A stretch of 64,000 nucleotides of DNA from Macrostomum lignano (Eukaryota): positions 1-64,000 of the forward strand of contig NIVC01004015.1 of assembly GCA_002269645.1 (NCBI GenBank), in the 5' to 3' direction. Within the stretch, counting starts at the first letter, position 1, and each line of letters starts with the position of its first letter. A program made the translations under genes and the position numbers. This document shows, piece after piece, positions 1-10,299 of the stretch. The notes under the pieces are model-generated. The model searched no databases and was not told where the DNA came from. It saw only the letters and a list, made by a program, of their open reading frames with translations.

Positions 1-270
1 CAAGCCCCAGATATTATAGAAGCATCCACCCAGATAGCAAGCATCCTGCAGATAGCAAGAATCCCTAAATAGCAAGCATCCTGCAGATAGCAGAATCCCT
101 AAATAGCAAGCATCCTGCAGATAGCAAGAATCCCTAAATAGCAAGCATCCTGCAGATAGCAAGAATCCCTGAATAGCAGCATCCCTGGATAGAAAGAATC
201 CATGCATGTAGCAGTACCCTCTCCCAAATAGCAAGTATCCCCCCTCGAGAGCAAGCATCACGAGACAGCA
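1..270. repeat. 18-19 bp minisatellite (GATAGCAAGCATCC-type)
   Basis: Degenerate tandem copies of gatagcaagcatcctgca / aatagcaagaatccct. It is the reverse complement of the array at 31827-32240. Confidence 0.85.
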
Positions 271-394
271 AGTAGCTAGTGCAAATGTTACTTCGCTAAT
301 GCAATAATCGCTTTCTCAGGTTGTGCAACAATCCACGTCTCAGCGAGCGCAATAATCTCTTTTTTAGACAGCGCAGTAATCAGCTTCTCAGCTA

Positions 395-2770
395 GTAATA
401 ATGCTTGGTTTATTAATAGCAATAATCCTTGATTAATCAAGTGCAATAATCCTTGGTTTATCAAGTGAATAATCCTTGGTTTATCAAGTGCAGTAATCTT
501 TGGCTTATAAAGTGCAATAATCCTTGGTTTATCAAGTGCAATAATCCTTTGTTTATCAAGTGCAATAATCCTTGGTTTATCAAGTGCAATAATCCTTGGT
601 TTATTAAGTGCAATAATCCTTGGTTTATTAAGTGCAATAATCCTTGGTTTATCTAGCGCAGTAATCCTTGGCTTATCAGGTGCAATAATCCTTGGTTTAT
701 CAAGTGCAATATTTGTTTATCAAGTGCAATAATCCTTGGTTTTCAAGTGAAATAATCCTTGGTTTATCAAGTGCAATAATCCTTGGCTTATCAACTGCAA
801 TAATCCTTGGTTTATCAAGCGCAGTAATCTTTGGCCTATCAAGTGCAATAATCCTTGGTTTATCAAGTGCAGTAATCCTTGGCCTATCAAGTGCAATAAT
901 CCTTGGTTTATCAAGTGCAATAATCCTTGGTTTATCAAGTGTAATAATCCTTGGTTTATCAAGTGCAATAATCCTTGGCTTATCAACTGCAATAATCCTT
1001 GGTTTATCAAGTGCAATAATCCTTGTTTATCAAGCGCAGTAATCCTTGGCCTATCAAGTGCAATAATCCTTGGCTTATCAAGTGCAATAATCCTTGGTTT
1101 ATCAAGTGCAATAATCCTTGGTTTATCAAGTGCAGTAATCCTTGGCCTATCAAGTGCAATAATCCTTGGTTTGCCAAGAGCAATAATCCTTAGTTTATCG
1201 AGTGCAGTAATCCTTAGTTTTCCAAGTGCAGTAATCCTTGGTTTATTAAGAGCAATAATCCTTGGCTTATCGAGTGCAGTAATCCTTGGTTTGCCAAGAG
1301 CAATAATCCTTGGTTTATCAAGTGCAATAATCCTTGGTTTATCAAGTGCAATAATCCTTGGTTTATCAAGTGCAATAATCCTTGGTTTATCAGATGCAAT
1401 AATCCTTGGCTTATCAACTGCAATAATCCTTGGTTTATCAAGTGCAATAATCCTTGGCTTATCAAGTGCAATAATCCTTGGTTTATCAAGTGCAATAATC
1501 CTTGGTTTATCAAGCGCAGTAATCTTTGGCCTATCAAGTGCAATAATCCTTTGTTTATCAAGTGCAATAATCCTTGGTTTATCAAGTGCAATAATCTTTG
1601 GTTTATCAGATGCAATAATCCTTGGCTTATCAACTGCAATAATCATTGGTTTATCAAGTGCAATAATCCTTGGCTTATCAAGTGCAATAATCCTTGGTTT
1701 ATCAAGTGCAATAATCCTTGGTTTATCAAGCGCAGTAATTTTTGGCCTATCAAGTGCAATAATCCTTGGTTTATCAAGTGCAGTAATCCTTGGCCTATCA
1801 AGTGCAATAATCCTTGGTTTATCAAGTGCAATAGTCTTTGGTTTATCGAGTGCAGTAATCCTTAGTTTTCCAAGTGCAGTAATCCTTGGTTTATTAAGAG
1901 CAATAATCCTTGGTTTATCGAGTGGAGTAGTCCTTGGTTTATTAATATCAATAATCCTTGAATAATCCAGTGCATTAATCCTTGGCTTATCAAGTGCAAC
2001 ATTCTTTACTATCAAGTGCAATAATCCATGGCTTATCAAGTGCAATAATCCTTGGCTTATCAAGTGCAATAATCCTTGGTTTATCAAGTGCAATAATCCT
2101 TTGTTTATCAAGTGCAATAATCCTTTGTTTATCAAGTGCAATAATCCTTTGTTTATCAAGTGCAATAATCCTTGGTTTATCAAGCGCAGTAATCCTTGGC
2201 TTATCAAGTGCAATAATCCTTGGTTTATCAAGTGCAATAATCCTTGGTTTATCAAGCGCAGTAATCTTTGGCCTATCAAGTGCAATAATCCTTGGTTTAT
2301 CAAGTGCTGTAATCCTTGGCCTATCAAGTGCAATATTCCTTGGTTTATCAAGTGCAATAGTCCTTGGTTTATCGAGTGCAGTAATCCTTGGTTTTCCAAG
2401 TGCAATAATCCTTGGCTTCTTGAGTGCAGTAATCCTTGGTTTGCCAAGAGCAATAGTCCTTGGTTTATCGAGTGCAGTAATCCTTGGTTTTCCAAGTGCA
2501 ATAATCCTTGGTTTATTAATAGCAATAATCCTTGGCTTCTTGAGTGCAGTAATCCTTGGTTTGCCAAGAGCAATAGTCCTTGGTTTATCGAGTGCAGTAA
2601 TCCTTGGTTTTCCAAGTGCAATAATCCTTGGCTTCCTGAGTGCAGTAATCCTTGGTTTGCCAAGAGCAATAGTCCTTGGTTTATCGAGTGCAGTAATCCT
2701 TGGTTTTCCAAGTGCAGTAATCCTTGGTTTATTAATAGCAATAATCCTTGGCTTATCGAGTGCAGTAATC
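395..2770. repeat. 24-bp satellite array (CAAGTGCAATAATCCTTGGTTTAT), about 95 copies, with higher-order variants
   Basis: Continuous 24-bp periodicity. Variant units (ttgccaagagc, ttttccaagtg, ttattaagagc) recur in 96-120 bp blocks at 2340-2760. All the long ORFs here are artefacts of the 8-codon period. Confidence 0.97.
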
Positions 2771-2840
2771 TAAGTGTTTTTATTTAGTCCTTTAATAAAA
2801 CCTTTTAATAAAAAATTTTACACTACTACTTTTAAACTAC

Positions 2841-2902
2841 TTAGATTCGAACCTAGGTCGCTGCATTAGCAGTCTGGTCTGTTCAGCTCTAGGCTAGCTC
2901 TC
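2841..2902 (-). other. Degenerate tRNA-like (Ser-GCT-like) head, possible SINE 5' end or tRNA pseudogene
   Basis: Minus strand reads gagcTAGCCTAGAGCTGaacagaccagaCTGCTAAtgcagcgacctaGGTTCGAATCtaag. This gives an A-box-like motif, a CTGCTAA anticodon-loop-like motif and a B-box/T-arm. The acceptor and anticodon stems pair poorly. Confidence 0.4.
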
Positions 2903-3254
2903 ATCGAAGTTATCAGTGATGTTGTACCACTTATATAATTCAACACTCACACCAAGTCAGGTAGAGTAAAAAGTCACACGAAGCAGTTATGACATAATCA
3001 ATTTCTTAGGCAAGTCAGTACCAGTGTCTATGAAAGTTTACAATATGGTTACGTAATATAAATTCAGTACTGCGCTATGCTTTCACACTCAAAGCTGTGA
3101 CGCAATTCAATTGAGTGTCAAATTCAGCCAGTACACAGACGATAAATAAAGTGTATTGTGATGCAATCTATTTCAGAATCAGAATTCAACCAGTCAGTTT
3201 TTCTGCTAGCATTCTTACGATGCATTTCAAGTCGAAAGAGCTGCTTGACCTTTG

Positions 3255-3462
3255 CAAAAAAGCATGTTTTTCGAATATTTAATCCCTTTAGCATCAAGCA
3301 ATTTCTTAGCCACGATGCATGTACTGTCACGGGAAAATTTCTGATCGAACAGTGCAAGTTCGAAGAAAATCGGTTGAGCCGTTTTTGCTAAAATCGATCA
3401 CACACACACACATACACACACACACATACCGACAGACCATTTTTAGTATATTGGAAGAAGAA
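3255..3462 (-). mobile_element. 5' fragment of a non-autonomous Helitron-like element (same family as 49240-50003)
   Basis: The reverse complement aligns with 49250-49440: ttcttc...gtctgtc/(GT)n...aaa(c/t)ggct(c/t)aa(c)cgattt...aacttgcac...ttcgatcagaaattt...gtggctaagaaattgct...atgctaaagggattaaatattcgaaaa. Confidence 0.6.
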
Positions 3463-3791
3463 TACAGAAGACTTCTAAAGTTGATAGGTGAGGCCATAGA
3501 CAGCACGCGAACATCTGAACTGAGAGAAAAACAAGCTTGAAGTCTGACAATGTAGAGATGACGCACTGCTTTCGAGTGCAGCAACGACCTAGGTGCGGAG
3601 TGAGCGGAGTACCGTTTTGCGTTCGGCAATGCCCCATTGCGTTGCCACACGCATTTATGGTAAAAACAAAATCAAAATCGTTTGACAATGCAACAAGTCT
3701 GAGATGTGTTAACTCAAATTAACAGACTTTTTTCTACCCCAAATGCATTGATTTTGAAAGCAGCGCCAAAAATTCCGTTCGTGTCCCTAAA

Positions 3792-3830
3792 CTACTGCTA
3801 CTACTACTACTACTTACTACTACTTCTACT
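3792..3830. repeat. Imperfect (CTA)n microsatellite
   Basis: actactgctactactactactacttactactacttctact. Confidence 0.85.
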
Positions 3831-4860
3831 AAACTTTGAATTTGCTAGCAACGAGTAGTCGGCTTATGAACCTAAGAATAAGGAGTGATACATATTAGGT
3901 CTATGTAATCTGTGGTCTCAGTTGAGTTTTTTTTGGTCAAAAAGTTCCGTGCTGTCTATGGCCCAACCTGTCTTGGTTTGAAATCTAATCTCTTAGATTG
4001 TCTGTTTTCTAACTTGGTATATCAAAAGCAATGCCTAATTAGTTTAACGTATTTTTACTTAATTCTTCAATGGTTTAGCTTCATTATTTGTCTATGGCCA
4101 AAGTGTCAACTTGATGGCGTCCCGGGGCACACATTTGGCATTTTGAACATAGACGAAAACGAAAACTGCGTGCGTTAAAAAAATTAAAAGACTTTATTAA
4201 CCCTGTAATTCAGTTACTAATTTGTTTAAAATGATCAATTATTATTAGTGTTCTATAACTACGTTATGTACTTTCGTTGGATAACAATTGTTTATTCCAG
4301 GTTATTCAGTGTAAAATATTCATTTTTAACATGTCCTTGCTTTACATTGTTTGCTAATACAATTCTGTAACTTATTATTTTAGTACGGTACTGCAGGCTC
4401 ATAAAAATGGTTCATTTAAATTTTATGATCATTATAATAAATCATATTGGTTTGCTGCGTAATCCAATTAATTTTGATTAGCCGCCCCATTGTGTCACAT
4501 ATATTTGCAATGGACATCTACATGCCTGTGCCTCAGTTTCACTTGCTAAAACAGTTGCTGCCTGTTAACTTGAAAAAATCGATATTGTGTAAAAGTGATT
4601 CATTTGGTTTATGTATGTTTCTGTCAAAATCAATTTAAAATTTAAAAAATTGGGCAACGTAACCATTTTTGTCGCACTACTCACTGCAAACTACTAAAAC
4701 TACTGCTGTCTTTCGACTAATAAAAAATTAAATTGACCAGCAGAATTTACTCACTTGTGGGCCGGCATTAACATATTTTAACTTCATTCTGACTGTCAAT
4801 CTTTATTATTCATACCTGTTGCGGGTTTTATTTTAGTTTATCTAAAAAAGTATAACCCCG

Positions 4861-5322
4861 GCAGTAGTTACCTACCCTCAGGCACTTCAGTTAGCAGCAG
4901 TTTCCCTACCCTCAGGCACTTCAGTTAGCAGCAGTTACCTACCCTCAGGCACTTCAGTTAGCAGCAGTTACCTACCCTCAGGCACTTCAGTTAGCAGCAG
5001 TTACCTACCCTCAGGCACTTCAGTTAGCAGCAGTTACCTACCCTCAGGCACTTCAGTTAGCGGCAGTTTCCCTACCCTCAGGCACTTCAGTTAGCGGCAG
5101 TTTCCCTACCCTCAGGCACTTCAGTTAGCAGCAGTTTACCTACCCTCAGGCACTTCAGTTAGGAGCAGTTACCCTACCCTCAGGCACTTCAGTTAGGAGC
5201 AGTTACCCTACCCTCAGGCACTTCAGTTAGCAGCAGTTACCTGCCCCCAGGCACTTCAGTTAGCAGCAGTTACCTGCCCCCAGGCACTTCAGTTAGCAGC
5301 AGTTACCTGCCCCCAGGCCCTT
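4861..5322. repeat. 33/34-bp minisatellite, about 14 copies
   Basis: Unit gcagcagttacctaccctcaggcacttcagtta, with recurring 34-bp variants (tttccct, ttaccct, tttacct). Confidence 0.97.
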
Positions 5323-5346
5323 CAACCAGCACTGACATCTTGCGCA

Positions 5347-5709
5347 TTGCTGTCGTCAGTTCAGCCAGCAGACGTCAGCGAGGAGGCGGCACCGTTGCGA
5401 GGCCGGCCGAAGTCCGGCAAAGTGTGGAAATCCGTTCGCACTGAACGCTCCTCCTCGGCCAGATGCGACAAAGTGTTTCACACCAGCTGGTCAAAGAAGA
5501 TGCAGTTGAAGCTGTCCCAGCAGGCAGCCAAAGCGATGGAGGCTGAGCTGCGAGCCAAGCGCAAAGAGGAGGCTGACGAACGGCGATCGCGCTTAGCTGC
5601 CAAGCGCAAACGACGCGAAGAGAATGTTCGAAAAGCCGAGGTCACTTGCACTATTAAAAATCCGGCCAAGATTCGCAAGACTAGGAAGCGCTTGCTGAGA
5701 AAGGTGTGA
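5347..5709 (+). CDS. CCDC86: CCDC86 / Cgr1-family nucleolar coiled-coil protein (C-terminal conserved domain); true start not identified
   Basis: [10 protein letters not shown]...TSWSKKMQ...[33 protein letters not shown] matches the Cgr1 domain as I recall it (GKPKSGRVWK...TSWxxKM...RRxENxRKAEVVQVIRNPAKLK). The frame is open from 5197 with no ATG before the domain. AATAAA at about 6203. Confidence 0.88.
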   Translation: MLSSVQPADVSEEAAPLRGRPKSGKVWKSVRTERSSSARCDKVFHTSWSKKMQLKLSQQAAKAMEAELRAKRKEEADERRSRLAAKRKRREENVRKAEVTCTIKNPAKIRKTRKRLLRKV

Positions 5710-5735
5710 GATTGGCTTGGCTGACTTTGTTGTAC

Positions 5736-6082
5736 AGACAGTGACAGACAGACAGAGACAGACAGACAATGACAGACAGACAATGACAGACAGACAATGA
5801 TAGACAGACAAAATGACAGACAGTCAATGACAGACAGACAAAATGACAGACAGACAATGACAGACAGACAAAATGACAGACAGACAATGACAGACAGACA
5901 AAATGACAGACAGACAATGACAGACAGACAAAATGACAGACAGACAATGATAGACAGACAAAATGACAGACAGACAATGACAGACAGACAAAATGACAGA
6001 CAGACAGAGACAGACAGACAATGACAGACAGACAAAATGACAGACAGACAAAATGACAGACAGACAAAGACAGACAGACAAT
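5736..6082. repeat. Compound (GACA)n microsatellite with a 30-bp higher-order unit
   Basis: Alternating gacagacagacaat and gacagacagacaaaat units. Confidence 0.95.
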
Positions 6083-6399
6083 AAGAGGCAGATATGCGGT
6101 GTCAGACAGGTTAGTGGCAGACAAGTTTAAAAAGGATGCCGACTGAAATCTGGCATTTGCGCATTATTAGCCTCTGCCTTAGCATTGGCGTTACTGGCGT
6201 CAAATAAATTGAGTCAGCTAAGCTATGATTCGCTTTAAAGCGCTTATGAGTTGGTAATTGGTCTCGCAGTATGAGCTAATGTTATTAAAAACTTTAGAAA
6301 CTTTTTTGTATTAAATTTTTTTTATTTAGTAGATTCATATATATCCTTTGAAGTAAGTCTTAATAATGGCTGCAGCACAATAATAAGCGATATATACTA

Positions 6400-8093
6400 C
6401 TATTTTGATTCGTCGTTCCGTTTGTCGCCGCCATTTGGTTTCCATTTTTGCCGGCAGGTCACGTGACCTCCTACTACTCGAAGCCCGACTTCGGGATCTT
6501 GTCGACCTGCTAGTCGTTGATCTTCCAGTCCAGTGACTAAGCGGACTTCCTCGCCGTCCGCGCAGCGTTGCTGCTGTTGTCCTTGGCAGTGAAGTTGCAG
6601 GTATCGTTCGAATTTCTGCTCCACAGATAGGCCAGAATGGAACAAATCTCTGGACATCAGATCTGTCCTGGGTGGCAGCGTTTCGTTTAGTTCGTCTCGC
6701 TCTTTCTGCTTCTGGAAGATGCGCTCCCGTCTGATGCGGCATTGCCGCTGTTGCTGCTGCTGTTTTTGCTCGAGCTCGTGACGGGACCGAGCGCAAGCCA
6801 GGTAGCGGATGTGGCGCCGCTGCTCAGAGAGCGTCGGCTTAGATGACGTCGAATGTTTTGGCGAATGCTTCTCCTGGCTTTGCTGTTGAGTTTTTTCACG
6901 CGAGCGCCTTCTGTTGCCTAGGACTCGAACCTGAATGCCAAAAGAGGAACAAATAGCGAAAATTATTTTTAGGCAGAATGTCAATCAAGTGCAAATTACT
7001 CCTGTGAGTTGTGGCAGCTGGGGGAGGGCACACTGCCGACTAGCTCTCAGTAAACCGTGGTCAGGCTTTCCTGCGAAAGGTCATGGACCTTCCACGATGA
7101 TACCCTGCATCGTATGCAGCCGAATTACTTTTTTGAGGCTCCAGAACGGAAATTGGCTTGACTGACTTCAATTAACCTTGTCGTTTTGATTTGCAGCGGG
7201 CCCAGAGGCCCCAGACAGGCCCCTCTGTCTACTTTACTAAATAACCCCGGACCATTCTTCTCTTGCCAAAATGGTCGATTCAAGATTCAAGTCTGATTTT
7301 TCATTCTGTATCTTGGTAAAGAAATCTTTATCCATTCCAGTTTAAAGATACAATATACTCGTAAATTCATCAAACTGGTTCTTTAGAATTTTTTATCAGT
7401 GTCCTCTGTCAAAGCAATGACGGTAACCTTCAACATCCTTCGATGTCACTAATGTTGGCTTGACTTAAAATCGTACATGTTCCCATTCGTGTCCTACATA
7501 ATTTATTATTTACCTATTTACACGTGCATTTCATTGTACTATTGTGACAAGAGCTCGAGGTTTTTTTCAACTTCTCATTTTAACAAGCAATTCTTAATTT
7601 CTGAGCTCTTTAGTGCTGTTATAGAGACGGGTTGGAGGATTTCTAGGCTCCGGATCACGTGATTAATGTGACCAGTTAACAGATATATGTGATTAAAATG
7701 TGTAAATTAGATGTCTAAGCAAGGTAATATTGAGCAGAGCGCATTGCTAGTACAGAATTATTGTTAAAACTTAAATCCCCGTAAATTCATATACATTTTT
7801 GTGGCTGAAATGTAAATGTGGGCAAACTTCGGCGAGCAACTTCCGTACTACCGCAGCAGCATAGCATGGTTATTGGTTGCTCACCTGACTCCTCCAGCTG
7901 CCTTTGCCACCAATTAGTAGCACAGTCTCCTGCTGCTCCTGCGGCTGACTCTCCTCCAACGACGAGCTGATTCTTTGAGAAGTGGCGCCCGGCCCATCCG
8001 CATTGCCATCCCGTATTGGCAGCTGGTATTGCTCGGGCATTGAGTGCGTTTTAGTGGCTGTGTTCGCCATTCTCAAGGCGAATTGATGATGAA
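6400..8093 (-). CDS. Orphan two-exon coding module (exons 7885-8093 and 6400-6930), Gln/Arg-rich with predicted coiled coil; unknown product
   Basis: The donor CAG|GTGAGC at 7885 and the acceptor ttttggcattcag|GTT at 6930 join in phase 0 and give about 246 stop-free codons. Internal Met at 8070. AATAAA on the minus strand about 75 nt past the stop. No family recognised. Confidence 0.45.
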
Positions 8094-10299
8094 CTGATCC
8101 GTTCTCGTACACTTACACCCTGCTCAGCAAGTTTGAGTTTCTTACCAGTGCAAGCAACATTAGTGTAGTGCGGCTTTTATACACGTTTTCTGTCTGTTCG
8201 ATTGAAAAAAAGCTATATACCGCCGCCATCTCTCGCATCATCTTGCATCGCAGCTTCTTTGCCAACTTTAATGGCGCTCCCGTGATGCATTACTAACTGC
8301 ACTTTATAGTCCGCGACACGCCTCATGGTTACATTCCCAGCCTCTTGAATGGCTGGGCTCTTAATCCCATTCCACTTTCTCTTTGTGCTACTCTTTTTAT
8401 GTTCCCCCTTTTTCTCGCCATTTTTTACTTATGAATTTCTTTATGGCCTGGAGGTTTTTTTGCGAAGAGACAGGAAGTCATCCATTCCGTATTCCAGAAG
8501 CGCCCTCTACTCTTCTTTCTCATTTTTCTATACTATTTGTAACCAATTATATATAATCCCATGCTGGTTTTACTTCTGGTACGGTTAATCACGTCTGAAG
8601 AATTAGTTAGAATTTTGTAAAGTGTCTTTTAAAAAGTCATTTAGTTTTACTGAGGTTCCGACTGAAGACGCACCTACGCACAAGGTACCATTCTTAGACA
8701 ACTGATAACAAATTATTTTAACAGATCCAAACCGAATTTGCGAATTTGCGTTTTGTTCAGCTCTGAATAGGGTTTTACCATAGACCAAATCGATTGAAAA
8801 AAATCAGAGATAAAGACAACTTAAATGCATGGAATGTTGAAGAATTGTACAAGCGCTATCCATATGGTAAATCCTGCAGTAATTCTTTGAAAAGTGGACG
8901 TCTGTCTATTGGAAGAAGCTGAGCTGCAAAACCGATCATTTGTTTCATTGTTATTAGAGCAAAGCATAGTATCGCTTTTGGCGTTCTAAAAGAGATTGTG
9001 GCCAAGCAAAACTAGATAGACTCCATATCCTCTTCATACTAGCTCGGTTTCAGCACGAGCGATGTTAAAAAACATGGCATTAAGTACGCCCGTATAATCC
9101 ATAGACTAAAATGAAGAATAAAAGACACGCAGCCTGTCGGTACGAGACTAAATGGAAAGTAACCGATTTTTTTTCGAAATCTCTAATAATTAAAGCATTA
9201 GCTATAGAATGAATGATCGTTATTCTTTGCGTCGATCAGGATTTGACGGTCTTCTGTTGGAATCGGTGGAGCCATAATAGTTGTACAGTTTAAAGTTGAG
9301 GTGCAGCAGGTTGAAACAGAGAAATTTGTAAACTAGCTGAGGGATCGTTCTCGTATTGATAAGGCACTGCGTCTCATTTAGATTCTCCATTTAAAGTCTA
9401 TGGCTTTTCGGGGCATAGTCTATGGCATATAAGTAGTCTAATTGGATGTTGTCATACACTTTGGAATCTTTGTAAAATGACACCCTGAAGAAACAAAAAA
9501 GTTAACGGCGAATAGGATTGATATCCCAGGGACTTCTGCGATATAAGTATACCATAGCTCGCACATCAGGGACGATGAGCCAGTAAGTGCCATAGAAAAA
9601 ATGCGAGCGACAGGCCTGCGATAGGTGAGCAGAAGTCCCTGATAGGCACGACTTAAAATTCTTTTTTAAGTTCTAGTTTTACCGAAATAATGCTTCATAC
9701 TTCATGTTAATTAAAAATTACGTGAAAAAAAACCAGAAACTTTTTGCATGCCATAACTAAAGGCTAAAAATAGAATCTGCAGCTTGATAAAGTCTGAATA
9801 TAAATATTTATATTTCTCAAGGATTATAATAAAATCTGATTTCTTTATAAACACACAGGGATAGAAGCAATAGACATAAAGAATATAGAGGCTTAACTTA
9901 AAAGAATATAAGTAATCATTGCAGAGCTCAGAAAATAAGTTTCTCAGAAAAAATAGGCTTTTTATGAAAACTCAAAACTTTTAATTGAATTAATAAAACT
10001 TATGCAACCTTTTATAAATAGTTTCTCTCTTTCAGTATTTCGATATAGCAAGTAAGACTATTTTTAATTACGTAGAATTAGAGTCGCTGAGGCAGTCCGA
10101 TAGAAATCTATACCTAAGTACTTAAAAGTAGCCGGAAAAGGCACAGTTTAAACATAAAAATAAGAAAAAATAATATATATATTTGTGTCTTAAAAAGTTT
10201 TTCTCCAAAAGAAAAATTTCGTCCCTTTCTTATCAGCTCTGTGTTTTCCAACGTTTCTCTTCAGCAGCCTAGCTTATTCCATTAATCTGCATTGATATG

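Noticed and set aside
453-2787. Long ORFs (up to 673 aa) in the 24-bp array, superficially LRR-like or TM-like
   Set aside because: They follow from a unit length divisible by 3. Several frames on both strands are open at once, and there is no real LRR consensus or splice context.
5478-6124. Cys/Leu/Val-rich and DRQ-repeat ORFs
   Set aside because: Translations of the (GACA)n compound microsatellite.
6920-6932. GGTTCGAGTCC B-box/T-loop-like motif on the minus strand
   Set aside because: No A-box or cloverleaf around it. It coincides with a splice acceptor and the start of a coding exon.
9528-9640. 12-bp inverted repeat agggacttctgc / gcagaagtccct about 100 bp apart
   Set aside because: Too short and no TSD found. 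It could be a decayed MITE but cannot be supported.
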